64,000 nt of DNA from Andalucia godoyi And28 (taxonomy: Eukaryota; Protista; Jakobida): positions 3,145-67,144 of the forward strand of contig VRVR01000059.1 of the NCBI GenBank assembly GCA_009859145.1, given 5' to 3'. A program made the translations under genes and the position numbers. Positions 1-12,300 of the stretch are shown piece after piece (the first letter of the stretch is position 1; every line of letters starts with the position of its first letter). The notes under the pieces were generated by a model that did not search any database, was not told the origin of the DNA, and worked only from the letters and a program-made list of their open reading frames with translations.

Positions 1-2179
1 ACTCTTTGACGGTCAATGGAAGATTTGGGCGAGGAGAAGAAGAAGCGCTCGGAACAGTGATGGGACCAGTGATGGGACCAGGACTTGCAGTGCGACTGGC
101 AGACAAAACCTGAGGGGAAACAGCGTTTGATAGTTCAGAAAAAATGTTCGGAAAACGATCTCCATCTCGTGGAATGCCTTGGAGACTGCTCGCAGGAGTG
201 GGGCGACCAGCCATCGGAGACCGACCAGCATGTGCAGAGGGAAAGTGCATGCCAGGAGAAGTGCCACCCACTATCTTTCCCGGCGAATCTCGATAAGAGA
301 ACAATTCGTCTGCAATAATTGGGTCCGACGGTGAGAAAGAACGGCCGATCGCACTCTGTAGGTACGAAGGAACCCCTGCTTGAGAAACCCGATTAGAAGC
401 TGAAAGAAAGAGCTCAAAATCCTTTCGGATCAGCAGAAACGGGCACAGCAATTGAGGATGAATCGCTGCCAAGCCTTTGGAAAACGAGGAAAGCTCGTCT
501 TCTGACATCGGCAGTTCTGCTGCCTTGGCAAGGAGAGAACTCGACACACAGTGTCTTGCAAGAACTGACATATCAACGTTCCGTGCAGACATGTACGCGT
601 ATGCGTCTTGCACATCTTGGAAACGCATGAAGGCGGAGACGACTCTTTCTGTTGATAAGAACACCGCATCTTGTGCAGCAATCATTGACAAGTCGCCAAT
701 CGCAAACAATTCTTCGTCCACCATTGCTCGCAGAAATCGGAAGCTAAAGACATGAGTCGAAATTATCCGCAAGCACCTTGTCAACTCCATACACTGGTCA
801 TTGGCACTCCGGATGACGTCCAGTGCTGACAGTGCATCGGCAAAATTGACGTCCGCGGGAGCCAGACAGCTGTTCACTAGCTTCGACAAGATCAGATGGC
901 GATCAATCCAGGTTGTTTTCGAAATATGTACACAGAAAACAACAGAAAACAAGGGTACTCCAAATGGCAAGTCGCTGCAGATTGTCAAAAGTTTTGGATA
1001 GTCCAGAATCCCATTTCCTGTTTGCACAGAAGTCAGCTGCAGAGATCGAAACAGCAACGACAGACTGGCGGAGCTACAGGGCTGCTGGCTCAACCGCGTT
1101 GGATCAACCGACAGTGACCCCAACAAGCCGGTAAGCGCAAACAAAAACTCCAAAAACGACATTTTGAAGACATCATTTTGGGCGGCAACATCCTGTAACC
1201 ACTGCGAATGCAAGGAAGGCCAAAACTGGTCCATCATCCATACGCCTGCAGAGCTCTTGCTCCAAACGCTGCAGAGCCAGGTGAGTGCGGTGCTCTGCGA
1301 GGTCGGATGCACGAAGGGACCTTTCTGATGACTGTCCGCAACAAAGTCCCACAGAACACTCTGTGCGTTTCCGATGCGATCAACCGACCGAATGCAGACA
1401 GACGTTTCCGCGACGTCTTCGATGTTTTCAATTTCTGCATTTGCAAGCGCCGCGAACTCTGCAATCCGAGCGGCTGCGGGAGGAGCTCCGAGATCCAGAA
1501 CATGAACAACGCGCTGCGCACTGACCATCAACAGATATCGCAAGCTAGCATGCAGCAGCACGCGCGATACATTCCTGACAACCGGCAACGAAGATGCCTG
1601 CACACACACAAATCGATCGAACACGACACTGCAGGGGACGTCCGCAAGCGAGTATCCGTCCGTTATCTCCAGCGTTCCTTCCGGGGCCTCGACATGCATA
1701 ACGAAGATCCTTGGCAGCGCGACACAGACAACGCAGTTCCCTCTAAGTGCCGCAAACTCGGGAGCAAACGGCAGTACAAACGACCCGCACATGGATCCGC
1801 AGTGGTAGTCAATGAGCAGCAGAAATGGATCGTCAAACTCCTTTCCCGCAAACAAGATGAACGACTGCGACACGAGTCGAATACTCGCTCGCGACGCTGA
1901 TGCGGGCACTGCGCAGGCCCAGCGAATCTCCATTGGCGGCGGTATTGCCTCTGTTACTGTCTGTGTCTGTGCATGGGCTTGATTTTGAGCATCGGCGTTC
2001 CGATCTCGCGCAGACGGTACGGCGGCTGCTCGGTCCACACGAAACAGCATCGCAAACGACACACAAGACGGTTGGAACGCACATACAATGCACGACGCAT
2101 CCGACACCACTTCGAACCAACAGATCTCCGACGCGTCTCGACGCAGAACCGCAGCCAGTTCTCCAACTTGCACGTCCAT
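1..2179 (-). CDS. Large protein running off the left edge; possible ELYS/AHCTF1-like nucleoporin (beta-rich N-terminus, helical ELYS-like segment, S/P-rich tail)
   Basis: Manual translation from ATG at 2179 (MDVQVGELAAV...) has no stop down to base 1, so it is absent from the ORF track. The segment VVSAFMRFQDVQDAYAYM...LLAKAAELPMSEDELSSF...LLCPFLLIRKDF resembles the ELYS helical domain. The CDS is well supported; the product is tentative. Confidence 0.6.
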   Translation of the reverse strand, partial: MDVQVGELAAVLRRDASEICWFEVVSDASCIVCAFQPSCVSFAMLFRVDRAAAVPSARDRNADAQNQAHAQTQTVTEAIPPPMEIRWACAVPASASRASIRLVSQSFILFAGKEFDDPFLLLIDYHCGSMCGSFVLPFAPEFAALRGNCVVCVALPRIFVMHVEAPEGTLEITDGYSLADVPCSVVFDRFVCVQASSLPVVRNVSRVLLHASLRYLLMVSAQRVVHVLDLGAPPAAARIAEFAALANAEIENIEDVAETSVCIRSVDRIGNAQSVLWDFVADSHQKGPFVHPTSQSTALTWLCSVWSKSSAGVWMMDQFWPSLHSQWLQDVAAQNDVFKMSFLEFLFALTGLLGSLSVDPTRLSQQPCSSASLSLLFRSLQLTSVQTGNGILDYPKLLTICSDLPFGVPLFSVVFCVHISKTTWIDRHLILSKLVNSCLAPADVNFADALSALDVIRSANDQCMELTRCLRIISTHVFSFRFLRAMVDEELFAIGDLSMIAAQDAVFLSTERVVSAFMRFQDVQDAYAYMSARNVDMSVLARHCVSSSLLAKAAELPMSEDELSSFSKGLAAIHPQLLCPFLLIRKDFELFLSASNRVSQAGVPSYLQSAIGRSFSPSDPIIADELFSYRDSPGKIVGGTSPGMHFPSAHAGRSPMAGRPTPASSLQGIPRDGDRFPNIFSELSNAVSPQVLSASRTASPGPITGPITVPSASSSPRPNLPLTVKE

Positions 2180-2364
2180 TGCAAACACCAGGTCGCACAG
2201 CAACGACTTCCAAAACAAAACAACAACAAAATTGAGATAATGAAATAATGAAAAAATTGGGAAATTTGGGAAAACAAAAGGCAATGAGAAAATGCAAGGT
2301 GCGAAGGCTTTTACAGTTGGTGTTGCGGTATTTTTACTGTTCCAGGTTAAGCCCAGCATGCTGA

Positions 2365-3237
2365 CTACTGTTTCCTCTTGTCGGAGGCGACGTACGGGAT
2401 GCAGTTGGCGATCCAGCAGAGGCGAGGGACTCGACCTCCCGAGTACTCAAGGTGTTCCATGTCGATCCATGTTCCGAGAACGAGTGAGAGGTAGCACGCA
2501 CAGCCCGTGAGCACGTGCCAGTATGCATGCAGCTGCAGGAAGGCTCGTACGGGGTACTGGAACTGCGAGAGGAATCCGCATGCATGGATGTCAGTGAGCC
2601 AGAGGGAGAATGCGGCGAGCCAGAGACCGACCCAGAGATACATGATTCTGCGTATGGATGCGTTTTTCATGTCGTTGTGCAAAGCAACGTACCGCGCGAG
2701 CACGAGGAGAACCATGAGTCCAAAAATGACTCGAAAGAGGTTGGGGACAGCGTGGAAGACGACCATTCCAAGGAATGACGATAGTAAGAAGACCGTGAGT
2801 GATGCTGCGAGGTATGGGGACGGTCGCGAGATGCCGTAAAAGTACAGTGCGACTCCAAGCAGCATGCTGAACTCGTCGAGGTCCTGGCCAAAACGCGAGA
2901 GTGTCGCATGGAACCAGAACGACCCAATCCCAATCACCAGACACGCAAGACACAAAAAGAAGAACTTTGCGCCATATTTGTACTTTTTCGCAAGCACGAG
3001 GCCAAGAACCGACGGGATAATATACGACAAATTCGACCACGTGTTGAAAAACTCTGCAATCATCGGATGAAACTCGTAGTTCAGCTCACACCAGTCCACG
3101 GAACTCGTCGGTGCGCCCCAGTATCCCACCGCAGGAACCTTCCACAGTGGATTCGCAGACGCCCCAAACACATATGGAAACAACAGATCAATCAGCATCA
3201 TCGTGTGTTCTTTCGCAACATGAATCAATTCATTCAT
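2365..3237 (-). CDS. Alkaline ceramidase (CREST family, ACER3/Ypc1-like)
   Basis: GYWGAPTSSVDWCELNY, EFFNTWSN, GSFWFHATL, DEFSM and QLHAYWH motifs, with 7 hydrophobic segments. First ATG at 3237; alternative at 3201. Confidence 0.92.
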   Translation of the reverse strand: MNELIHVAKEHTMMLIDLLFPYVFGASANPLWKVPAVGYWGAPTSSVDWCELNYEFHPMIAEFFNTWSNLSYIIPSVLGLVLAKKYKYGAKFFFLCLACLVIGIGSFWFHATLSRFGQDLDEFSMLLGVALYFYGISRPSPYLAASLTVFLLSSFLGMVVFHAVPNLFRVIFGLMVLLVLARYVALHNDMKNASIRRIMYLWVGLWLAAFSLWLTDIHACGFLSQFQYPVRAFLQLHAYWHVLTGCACYLSLVLGTWIDMEHLEYSGGRVPRLCWIANCIPYVASDKRKQ

Positions 3238-3748
3238 TACTCCCAGAAACCCCAAACAAAAGAAAAAAAAAAAAAAAAAAACCCCTCTAATATGATAAAA
3301 TCACAAGCCTGAGCTGAAGAGAGTGTGTGTATAGCAATAACCAATAACGGCACGTTGTGCTCGGCGAATGTTTGACGTTCTCTTCAGGAAAGAAGATGAA
3401 ATAGAAGTACAAGTTGTGTGTGTAGTAGAAGTTGAAGTACGTTATCCGAGTCGTTGTCGTTTTTGGGGGGTTGTTTTTCTTCTTGATCTTGCTTTATGAT
3501 TTTCCCGAAAGCAATGGAAAGGTGACGGAGCGGAAAGAAATGTGGCTATATATCCGCCAATCCGCGGTGGCCGAGTTCCCCAATGAGCTTACTACAGTCG
3601 GGAATGTCGGGCATGTTTTTGTGGATGAACGAGAGAAATCGTCCGGCAGACGAGGAAGCAGGACACACGAAAACGACTTTTCTGAGTGGCTGACTTATCT
3701 GAGTGGCGAACGGAGAGTGGGGTGGTGGTGCATGCGAGAAGAGAGTGG

Positions 3749-4543
3749 ATGATATGCCGACGAGTGGGGCGGCTCGAGGTTCTTGACGAGCCGATTGAAC
3801 TGAGGTTGCGTGTTTCGATCCCGGTTCCGAACCTGGACATGCTGCTGCATCTGGTTCCAACGGCGTGGCAGCGACTGACTGTGTCTAAAGCAGATGAGAT
3901 GACGAGCTATGTCGAGCGGTATCGACGCAGGGTCGATGCGCTGCGGGGTGCAGATCCCACACACAGAATGGACTTGTACAGAGCGTGTGTCTACATTGCG
4001 CTGTTTGACCGCGTCAAGCACGACATTGTCGAGAGCCTCGCGCTCGACGAAGCCACAATTATGGACTGCATTTCACACAGAAAGAACATGGCAAGACTCG
4101 TTGCATCGTCGCTTCCCGATCCCGTCTTTCTGCAGTTCCCGCAGTTTGCTCCGTGGTTTTTCGTCTTGGCACAGCCGGATCTTGACATTCTCCGCGACAC
4201 CACGGGGAACGGACACATTGGAGCGCGGGTGCTAGATCGCATGATTCTGACAAGCTCCGAGCTGCAACGACGGATGGACACAGTTGTACGCAACTTTTGT
4301 CAACACAGTGCGGTTGGACGGGCCGCCCTGTTGGACGACATGCCTGTCGGCGGAGCTGATGACGATTCAGATCGCGGATTTGCAGTGTTTTCAAAGTGGG
4401 CTCGCGGCGAGGTGGAGCGGAGGAGCGACGAGCTCATTCCGGTGATCCAACGACTCATAGCAGAGATTCGCAGACTGAACTCGCGGTTAATGGAGGTGCA
4501 ACGCCGTCGAAAAGCCATCGAAGACATGAAGCTCAGCTCGTGA
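3749..4543 (+). CDS. Hypothetical helical protein with C-terminal coiled coil; may extend 5' through a frameshift (see findings)
   Basis: Long ORF 3686-4543 with protein-like composition; first in-frame ATG at 3749. Confidence 0.7.
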   Translation: MICRRVGRLEVLDEPIELRLRVSIPVPNLDMLLHLVPTAWQRLTVSKADEMTSYVERYRRRVDALRGADPTHRMDLYRACVYIALFDRVKHDIVESLALDEATIMDCISHRKNMARLVASSLPDPVFLQFPQFAPWFFVLAQPDLDILRDTTGNGHIGARVLDRMILTSSELQRRMDTVVRNFCQHSAVGRAALLDDMPVGGADDDSDRGFAVFSKWARGEVERRSDELIPVIQRLIAEIRRLNSRLMEVQRRRKAIEDMKLSS

Positions 4544-4628
4544 ACTCAGCTCTTCGATGCAGTTTGAGGTAAGTCCGCTGTCCCGTGGTGTGGGCCTCCC
4601 ACAATGGGATTGCAGGCAAGTACCATCA

Positions 4629-5047
4629 TCCTCCAACCCAAAACCTCTCTCCAAACATTTGGCTCGCATGCTGCGCCTCAAAAAAACAGATTTATTTAGT
4701 GTAAAGTGACTTTTACAATCCGCATCAGCGCCCATCCAATGAGTTCCCCTTTTGAGTGGGACATCCGTGGGTCCGCGCACCCCAAAACAGAGACAACCTA
4801 TTTTCCTGTTCAGAGCTCTCGAGCTGATCAGTGATTGCATTCGTTAGAAAACCGTTTTGGACCTTGGGAACCAAGAGGAAAACTAGGGATTTTTCAACGA
4901 GCTTCTTTTATTGCCATTTTCGCATTTTTTTAAATCCGCTTGTTCATTTCTCGGCTGTCAATCGAGCGGGATATTTGTATTTGATTTCTGTTTGATTTGG
5001 CAGTGGGTTGTGCGCCCACACACAAAAGTGAGAGAGAGAGAGAGAGA

Positions 5048-5095
<48 letters not shown>

Positions 5096-5238
5096 GCCGC
5101 GGCGGAGGAATCATCGATTAAAAAGGGATGCGGCTGTCGATATTCGACAGTGTCTCATTGGGCCTTAATCTGCACACCCTCAGCCATACTATCCGATGAT
5201 CTTCACAGCCGTCCACCAGTCGTTTTTGGGCTGGAGGA
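4629..5238 (+). mobile_element. ~610-bp non-autonomous TIR element (MITE), copy A, with internal (GA)n
   Basis: Near-identical inverted copy at 35362-35972. Termini TCCTCCAACCCAAAA ... TTTTGGGCTGGAGGA form ~15-bp TIRs. No transposase. Confidence 0.88.
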
Positions 5239-5245
5239 TGTATTT

Positions 5246-7216
5246 TTAATAAACAGCTCTTTTCCCCCAAATTCTTGTTCGAATGCCCTTGTTTGCAGAA
5301 GAAGGACTCGATCGGGCCAGCAGCGTCGTCTTTCGAAGAGGAGACTTTGGGCTCGTAGGAGGGGATCTCATGTCCTTCATCCGTGGAGATCCTGGCATGA
5401 TGGCCGAGCTCGAAACAGAAGGCGATGGAGATGGGGTCGGAGATGCGGGCAATGATGATGGAGATGCGGGTAGGGAGGAAGGAGATGATGTCGCATCACC
5501 GGAGCCAGGCAGAGACGTCCCGTCCAGCCAATACACAACCGCGTTTGGCCACTCTGTCGACACACGCTGCTGGTTGCACAGAGCAGAAAAAACCACCGTC
5601 AAGTGCTTCTTTGCCGTCTGCACGTCCACCACAACAATAACTCCTGGGCTGAGCGAAGGGGCTCCTTCTGCGGAGGACTCTTGCAGACCTCCAGCCAGCG
5701 GCCCCTTCATTGCCCCGCTGTCGTCGTCGTCGGCGCCGGCGGTGCATCGAAATGTTTTCACGGTCACATACTCGGTTGCACTAAACTCTCGTGTGAACAT
5801 CAAGCCATCGACATCGACAATGTCATAGCCAGCGTCCATGGAATTGCGCACGAGGTCCAGGAAGCGACAATCGGCGTCTGCCCGGCGCCCGGACGCGGCT
5901 GATTCATAGAAGCGAATTCTCTCGATCTTTGGCTGGCGCTGAACCTTGAATTTCTTCACTTCCAGAGCCTTCCCCGCAGTCAGCGCTAGAAACCCAGACG
6001 GATACAAGAACTCTCGATGAGTCAATACGCAACACGACACGGCGTCGCTTCGAGATACGAGGGGATAGAAACACGGCAGCTCAGACTCACCGCCGTTGAC
6101 CACGAGAGAAAACGCATTCCACTGCATGACGTGGCACGACTGGCTGAACGACGTAACGCAAGGGTGGGTGGTATCCAAATACAAAATCGGAACGGGGCCA
6201 GCAGAGGCCTTCACATCTACCATACGGGACGCATACGACTCATAGGATGCATTGAACCAGCAACTCGTGGACTCCTCCAGCAGTCTCGCAAACCGGTTCT
6301 GCAGCATCACATAGTCCTTTTTCCTAAGCGGCTCCAGATGATCCACTGTGTCGTCGTGCAAAACGGAATCCCGGATGGGTAGCACGCTCACTCCGCCTTG
6401 AAACCGCCCTTTCCATGGAATCGGATTCTCCGACAAGGCCTCCACAAGCCGAGCCGAGCATCCTCGCTGAAACCCGACGTGCAAATCAATCGCGGTGCAC
6501 TTTGCACCGGGTGGTGGTGGCGTATCGCGAAGCAAGCCAACCAACGCGCCAAACCGTACATTCCCGTCCGCAAGCTGCCAACTGTCATGATCACATACGT
6601 TGCCAAGAACCGCAATCTCCAGCTTGTTTGCCGTGCACCCAAGGACAGTTTCTTTGATGAGTGCTTCTGCGTCCGCCCGCGACGGATTACACACGACGCG
6701 CACTCTGAAGAACTGGTTGACGGACACATTTTTCGTCTCCAAGGACCGCGCAAGACTGTCGTCCAGCTGGAAATGATCCAGCAACGCATTTGTCGTGCAC
6801 ACTCCCCCGTGCTTCTCGTCCCGCAATGCAAGCCCGTGGATAACCAAGATTTCGTGCGGAGCATGAAACCCAAGAACATGGTCCATCAGATCAAATGCAT
6901 AGTGCCCCGTGACGTCCACAAGCCTTTGGCAGTAACTCTGTCTCCAGAACAGCATAAATGTCCTGCTGCGCTGCCCAACACACGCCTGGATCCATGAGTC
7001 ATGCGCCAGCCCCGCTTTCACAAGCTCAGCCAGCTCTTCGTCGCTGATGAACAGTGGCTTGCGCGCAAGCATCTGCGGTCGCTTGTATGCATCCCACCAC
7101 ACCGTCCGGATCGTCGACTCCAGCTCCGACGACGCGTGCAGCACATATACCAGAGTCCCCGGCGTTGACTCGGACACTCTCCGAATTGCCTCGACACTCA
7201 GCTTCCACCCATCCAT
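5246..7216 (-). CDS. Hypothetical protein (656 aa) with S/P-rich C-terminus
   Basis: ATG-started 656-aa ORF with globular composition; no family recognised. Confidence 0.8.
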   Translation of the reverse strand: MDGWKLSVEAIRRVSESTPGTLVYVLHASSELESTIRTVWWDAYKRPQMLARKPLFISDEELAELVKAGLAHDSWIQACVGQRSRTFMLFWRQSYCQRLVDVTGHYAFDLMDHVLGFHAPHEILVIHGLALRDEKHGGVCTTNALLDHFQLDDSLARSLETKNVSVNQFFRVRVVCNPSRADAEALIKETVLGCTANKLEIAVLGNVCDHDSWQLADGNVRFGALVGLLRDTPPPPGAKCTAIDLHVGFQRGCSARLVEALSENPIPWKGRFQGGVSVLPIRDSVLHDDTVDHLEPLRKKDYVMLQNRFARLLEESTSCWFNASYESYASRMVDVKASAGPVPILYLDTTHPCVTSFSQSCHVMQWNAFSLVVNGGESELPCFYPLVSRSDAVSCCVLTHREFLYPSGFLALTAGKALEVKKFKVQRQPKIERIRFYESAASGRRADADCRFLDLVRNSMDAGYDIVDVDGLMFTREFSATEYVTVKTFRCTAGADDDDSGAMKGPLAGGLQESSAEGAPSLSPGVIVVVDVQTAKKHLTVVFSALCNQQRVSTEWPNAVVYWLDGTSLPGSGDATSSPSSLPASPSSLPASPTPSPSPSVSSSAIMPGSPRMKDMRSPPTSPKSPLRKTTLLARSSPSSANKGIRTRIWGKRAVY

Positions 7217-7590
7217 TTGCCTCTCACTGCAATACCTGCAAATCTCCCGGAAACCAGCACTTTTGAGTGAAAAAAGAACTGAAAAAGACTCTAAATCATA
7301 AGAAATTATAAGAAAAAAATACGAAAGAAACTAGCGAAAAAACAAGAGTGAAACGAGAATTGAGAGACACGACTTTTTGGGTAAGCGGGAGGCGGAATGA
7401 ACGCCCTCCCGTTGGTGGCAGCATCAAGCGTACGCATTCAGAGACTACAGCTGGAAATCGAATCGAGCCACAGACAGACAGACAGGCAGAGAATTTTATT
7501 ACCGGGCGACTCTGGACTGCTGATGCAAGCTGGCTCCGCTGCAGCACGTGTGGCCCAATTAGACGAGTGGGAATTCTTAATTTTGCATAG

Positions 7591-8942
<1,352 letters not shown>

Positions 8943-9301
8943 AATCGCTAATCCCTTCAACAACAGCAGCAACAACAGCAGCAGCAACAACAGCAGCAGC
9001 AACAACAAAAGCAAACAGTAATAATAATGCACTATAATAATGTACGATCAACAAGCAGAAAATGCCGGGGGAAGGCAATGAAGGAAAGGCGAGAGGACAC
9101 ACGACCAAGGCCCCTTCAAGTCGCGGTCGGGATTTTTGTTTCCGTCGCGTCAACCGACAGCATCAAGTGCTCGCAATGCGCCATGCAATTTTTGTTACAG
9201 CTGGTTGAGGAAAATGGAAGAGGAACGATGCGTTTTTTTACTTGGTCGGTGGACGACGCCCCTGCGATACACTGCATGTCCGATGAAGACCTGCATCATG
9301 A

Positions 9302-12300
9302 TTACGCCTTGGAGTCGGATTTCTGCTCCTTGGACGGACCGGTGAAATACGAAGACACATCGACAAGCAGGTTGTCCGAGACGCGCTCGTCACGAGAATG
9401 AAGCTCCACCTTCAGCGACGCTCCGTTGCCGGCATTGCGAACCTTGACGACAAGCTTGTGATCCTTGGCAGAAATTGCACACATGCAAACCTCATCGTTG
9501 TTCGCATATGCGAGGTGCCCACGAAGGAGGCCCGAGAGCTCACGAAGTGCAACCTGAACATCACGCTTCGGATGCTCCAGAGAAATCATGCCCGATGCAA
9601 CCGACGTCAGGTTCTCCTCTCCAGACCCGCGAAGCATCTTGTCAACGTCCTCCTTGGACGCCACAGGAAGCGGACGGAAGAACATCCACATGGGAATGAC
9701 AACATCAAATTCAAGCTCGCGAGCCTCCTCGTGCTCTCCTGCACCGTCAGACGGGCTGGTGTAGTGGAGAGTGTACGCCAACTTTGCCATCGTACGAATC
9801 GACTTGGAGCACGACTTGAAATTCATGGTCACGGGGATCGTCTTGGTCTCTCCGCCCGCCATGATGAACTCCGGAATAGGGTAGAACTTGACATTCGACG
9901 GCTCATCGATCGTCAGCTTCATATGTGTCAAGCGCGTGACGGTCTTCTTCTTCTTGGACCCGGCCTGGACAAACACAATCGGGAACGTGAGAGTACGTGC
10001 ATCCACCGGAACGACGCTCGTCTGCAACATGGCTTTGAGGTACGTGTCGGAACCAAGCTCCCGGATCGAAAATGGAAACGGCTGCATTGGGATCACTCCG
10101 GGTGACGAAACTGTGGGCGACGTGGAACGGGCTTGCTGCTGCGACGCAGATCCCGTCGGAGGGGAGGACAGCTGCAACAAGGACGAGGTCGGCGAAATGG
10201 TTTTCGGACCTACCGACTCAATCTCCTCTGACTTGGACTTGGATTTCTTCTTCTTCTTGCCAGAATCATCCGCAGATGCAGCAGACGCAGCAGATGCAGA
10301 CACAGACGAGGCGGCGGCAGAGGCGGCAGCGGCAGGTGGAGGGGAATTTCCCATATCCAGCAGCGAGTCATTTTCCTTCTTTGCCCTTTCCTTCTTCTTC
10401 TTGTCCTTCTTGTCGCTCCCCACAACATGCGAATCCTCGACTTCCGTCTTCTTGGACTTCTTCTTCTTCTTCTCATCATCGTGGTCACGGTCGCTATCGG
10501 AATGCAGACGGTGGTGTTTTGTGTCCGGAGCTACTTCACGAGCGTCACGGCGCGCTTTGCGGCGCTCCTCCTTGCTTGACTTGCGACGCGCCATTTCTGC
10601 ACGAACATCATCGGCAGTCGTCATCTTGTACGCGGAAATCTCTGGAAGACGCTCATCTTCCTTCAGCGGCTGTGAGAGGTCAATGTCGAGTGCGGCATAC
10701 TTTGAATCCGTCTTCACAACGCTGGACTCTTTCTTTTCTTCCTCGTAGCCGTCGGGCTTTTCTTCCACGGTCTTGATCACTGGTTTCTTGGCAGCAAGCT
10801 TCTTCTTTCGGCGGCGACGCTCCTCTTCCGAGTCCACATCCGAATCTGATTCGTCGTCCTTGCTCTTCTTCGAAGACCGCTTCTTCTTCTTCTGCTTGCG
10901 GTCAATTCCAAGATCCTCATCGGTCAGCTTCACCTGCGGAATGTTGTCCACATTCGTGTCCGTCTTCAGCGAGGCCGGGCCAGACTTGAGGTAGAATGGA
11001 TCCGCTGCACGGTTCACCACAGATCCACCGCCGGATGCAGAGATCGTACCAAGCGCAGTGGCAAGCGGCAACGGCGCCGTTGCGGATAAATTCGCAGACG
11101 AACGTCCGGTGAAGAAGTAGGTATCCGAATCGTAGTCAATATCCTCATCCGAATCCGACTCGTCATCGGAATACGAAATGGGCTGCTCGAGGTCCAAGCC
11201 CTCGGGAACCTTCACCTTCTCCTGCGCATGTGCAGCCACCGGGTTCAGCTCTTCGGCAAACATTACGTAGAGGTTCGCGGCTTCCATCATTGCAGAAAAC
11301 GCAGAAGAGTCTCCGGAAGGATCTCCAGCCGATGAATCAAGTAGATTGCCGACAGGGCCCGATTTGGAGTTGTTGCTCGACGACGTGCCACCCAAGAACG
11401 TCAAAACCATGTGGCAGCGCTCCTGAACGTCAACATCCGCCGACGACTTCCAGGAGTCGCAGAATCGAACGACAACATCCCGCTCTCGCGCAACATCCGC
11501 AGTCTTGAAACTCAGCTTGCGGTACACAAAGAACGTCCATGCAGCATAGACCTTCAGCATAGACAACAAGTACATGGACTGAACCTGGGGCGACAACACA
11601 ATGGGAATTGACGACGATGATGATGATGATGAAGAAGACGACGACGACGAGACCGGAACTGAACCAGCAGCACCCACGGGAGCAGGCGAAGAAACACCAT
11701 TCGTCGAAGACGACACTGCAAGGTTGGATTGAATGGAGACAGAAGACAACGCGTTCAAAACCTTGGACACAAACTGACGACGGCGGTTGAACTTCTTCTC
11801 GATGTCCGCATCAGTATGCTCCTCGTCTTCGTCGCCCTCGGCTTGCGACTCCGTAATGCCCAGCACATCGGGTGTGTACTCTCCCACAATGAAAACGGCA
11901 ACAGACAGGACCTCAAAAAGGCCGGCATCCTGAACAGGGCTCAGATCCTCCCAGTAGCTCTTCTTTGTCAACACCGAGTTCAACATGATGCGCACAGCCT
12001 CTTCCCGAACTGTCGGAACACGCAAACACACCTCAAGAAGGCTGTCTGCAATCAGTTTTCCGTACGGTGCGACACCATCGTAATCAAGCAGCGACACAAG
12101 AGTGCTCAAGTACCATTCAAAATCGGTCACGGACGGGTACGAGTGGTTCGTTCCGGAGCACGTGGCAATAATCTTCGGGATCAACTCGGGGTCTGACGGA
12201 ACATACTGGAGAAGCTTACGGACGACATCTTCAAGATTCTTCTTGGTCACCATGCCGCAAACCAAGTCCACAGCACGCTTGCGAATCGAATTATCGGTGT

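Noticed and set aside
4487-4840. ORF MQSLISSRALNRK..., repeated at 35758-36171
   Set aside because: It lies in the MITE, runs out through the TIR into different flanks and shows no transposase motif.
8943-9032. Poly-Leu 'signal peptide' on the transaldolase ORF
   Set aside because: Translation of a (CAA/CAG)n microsatellite upstream of the real ATG.
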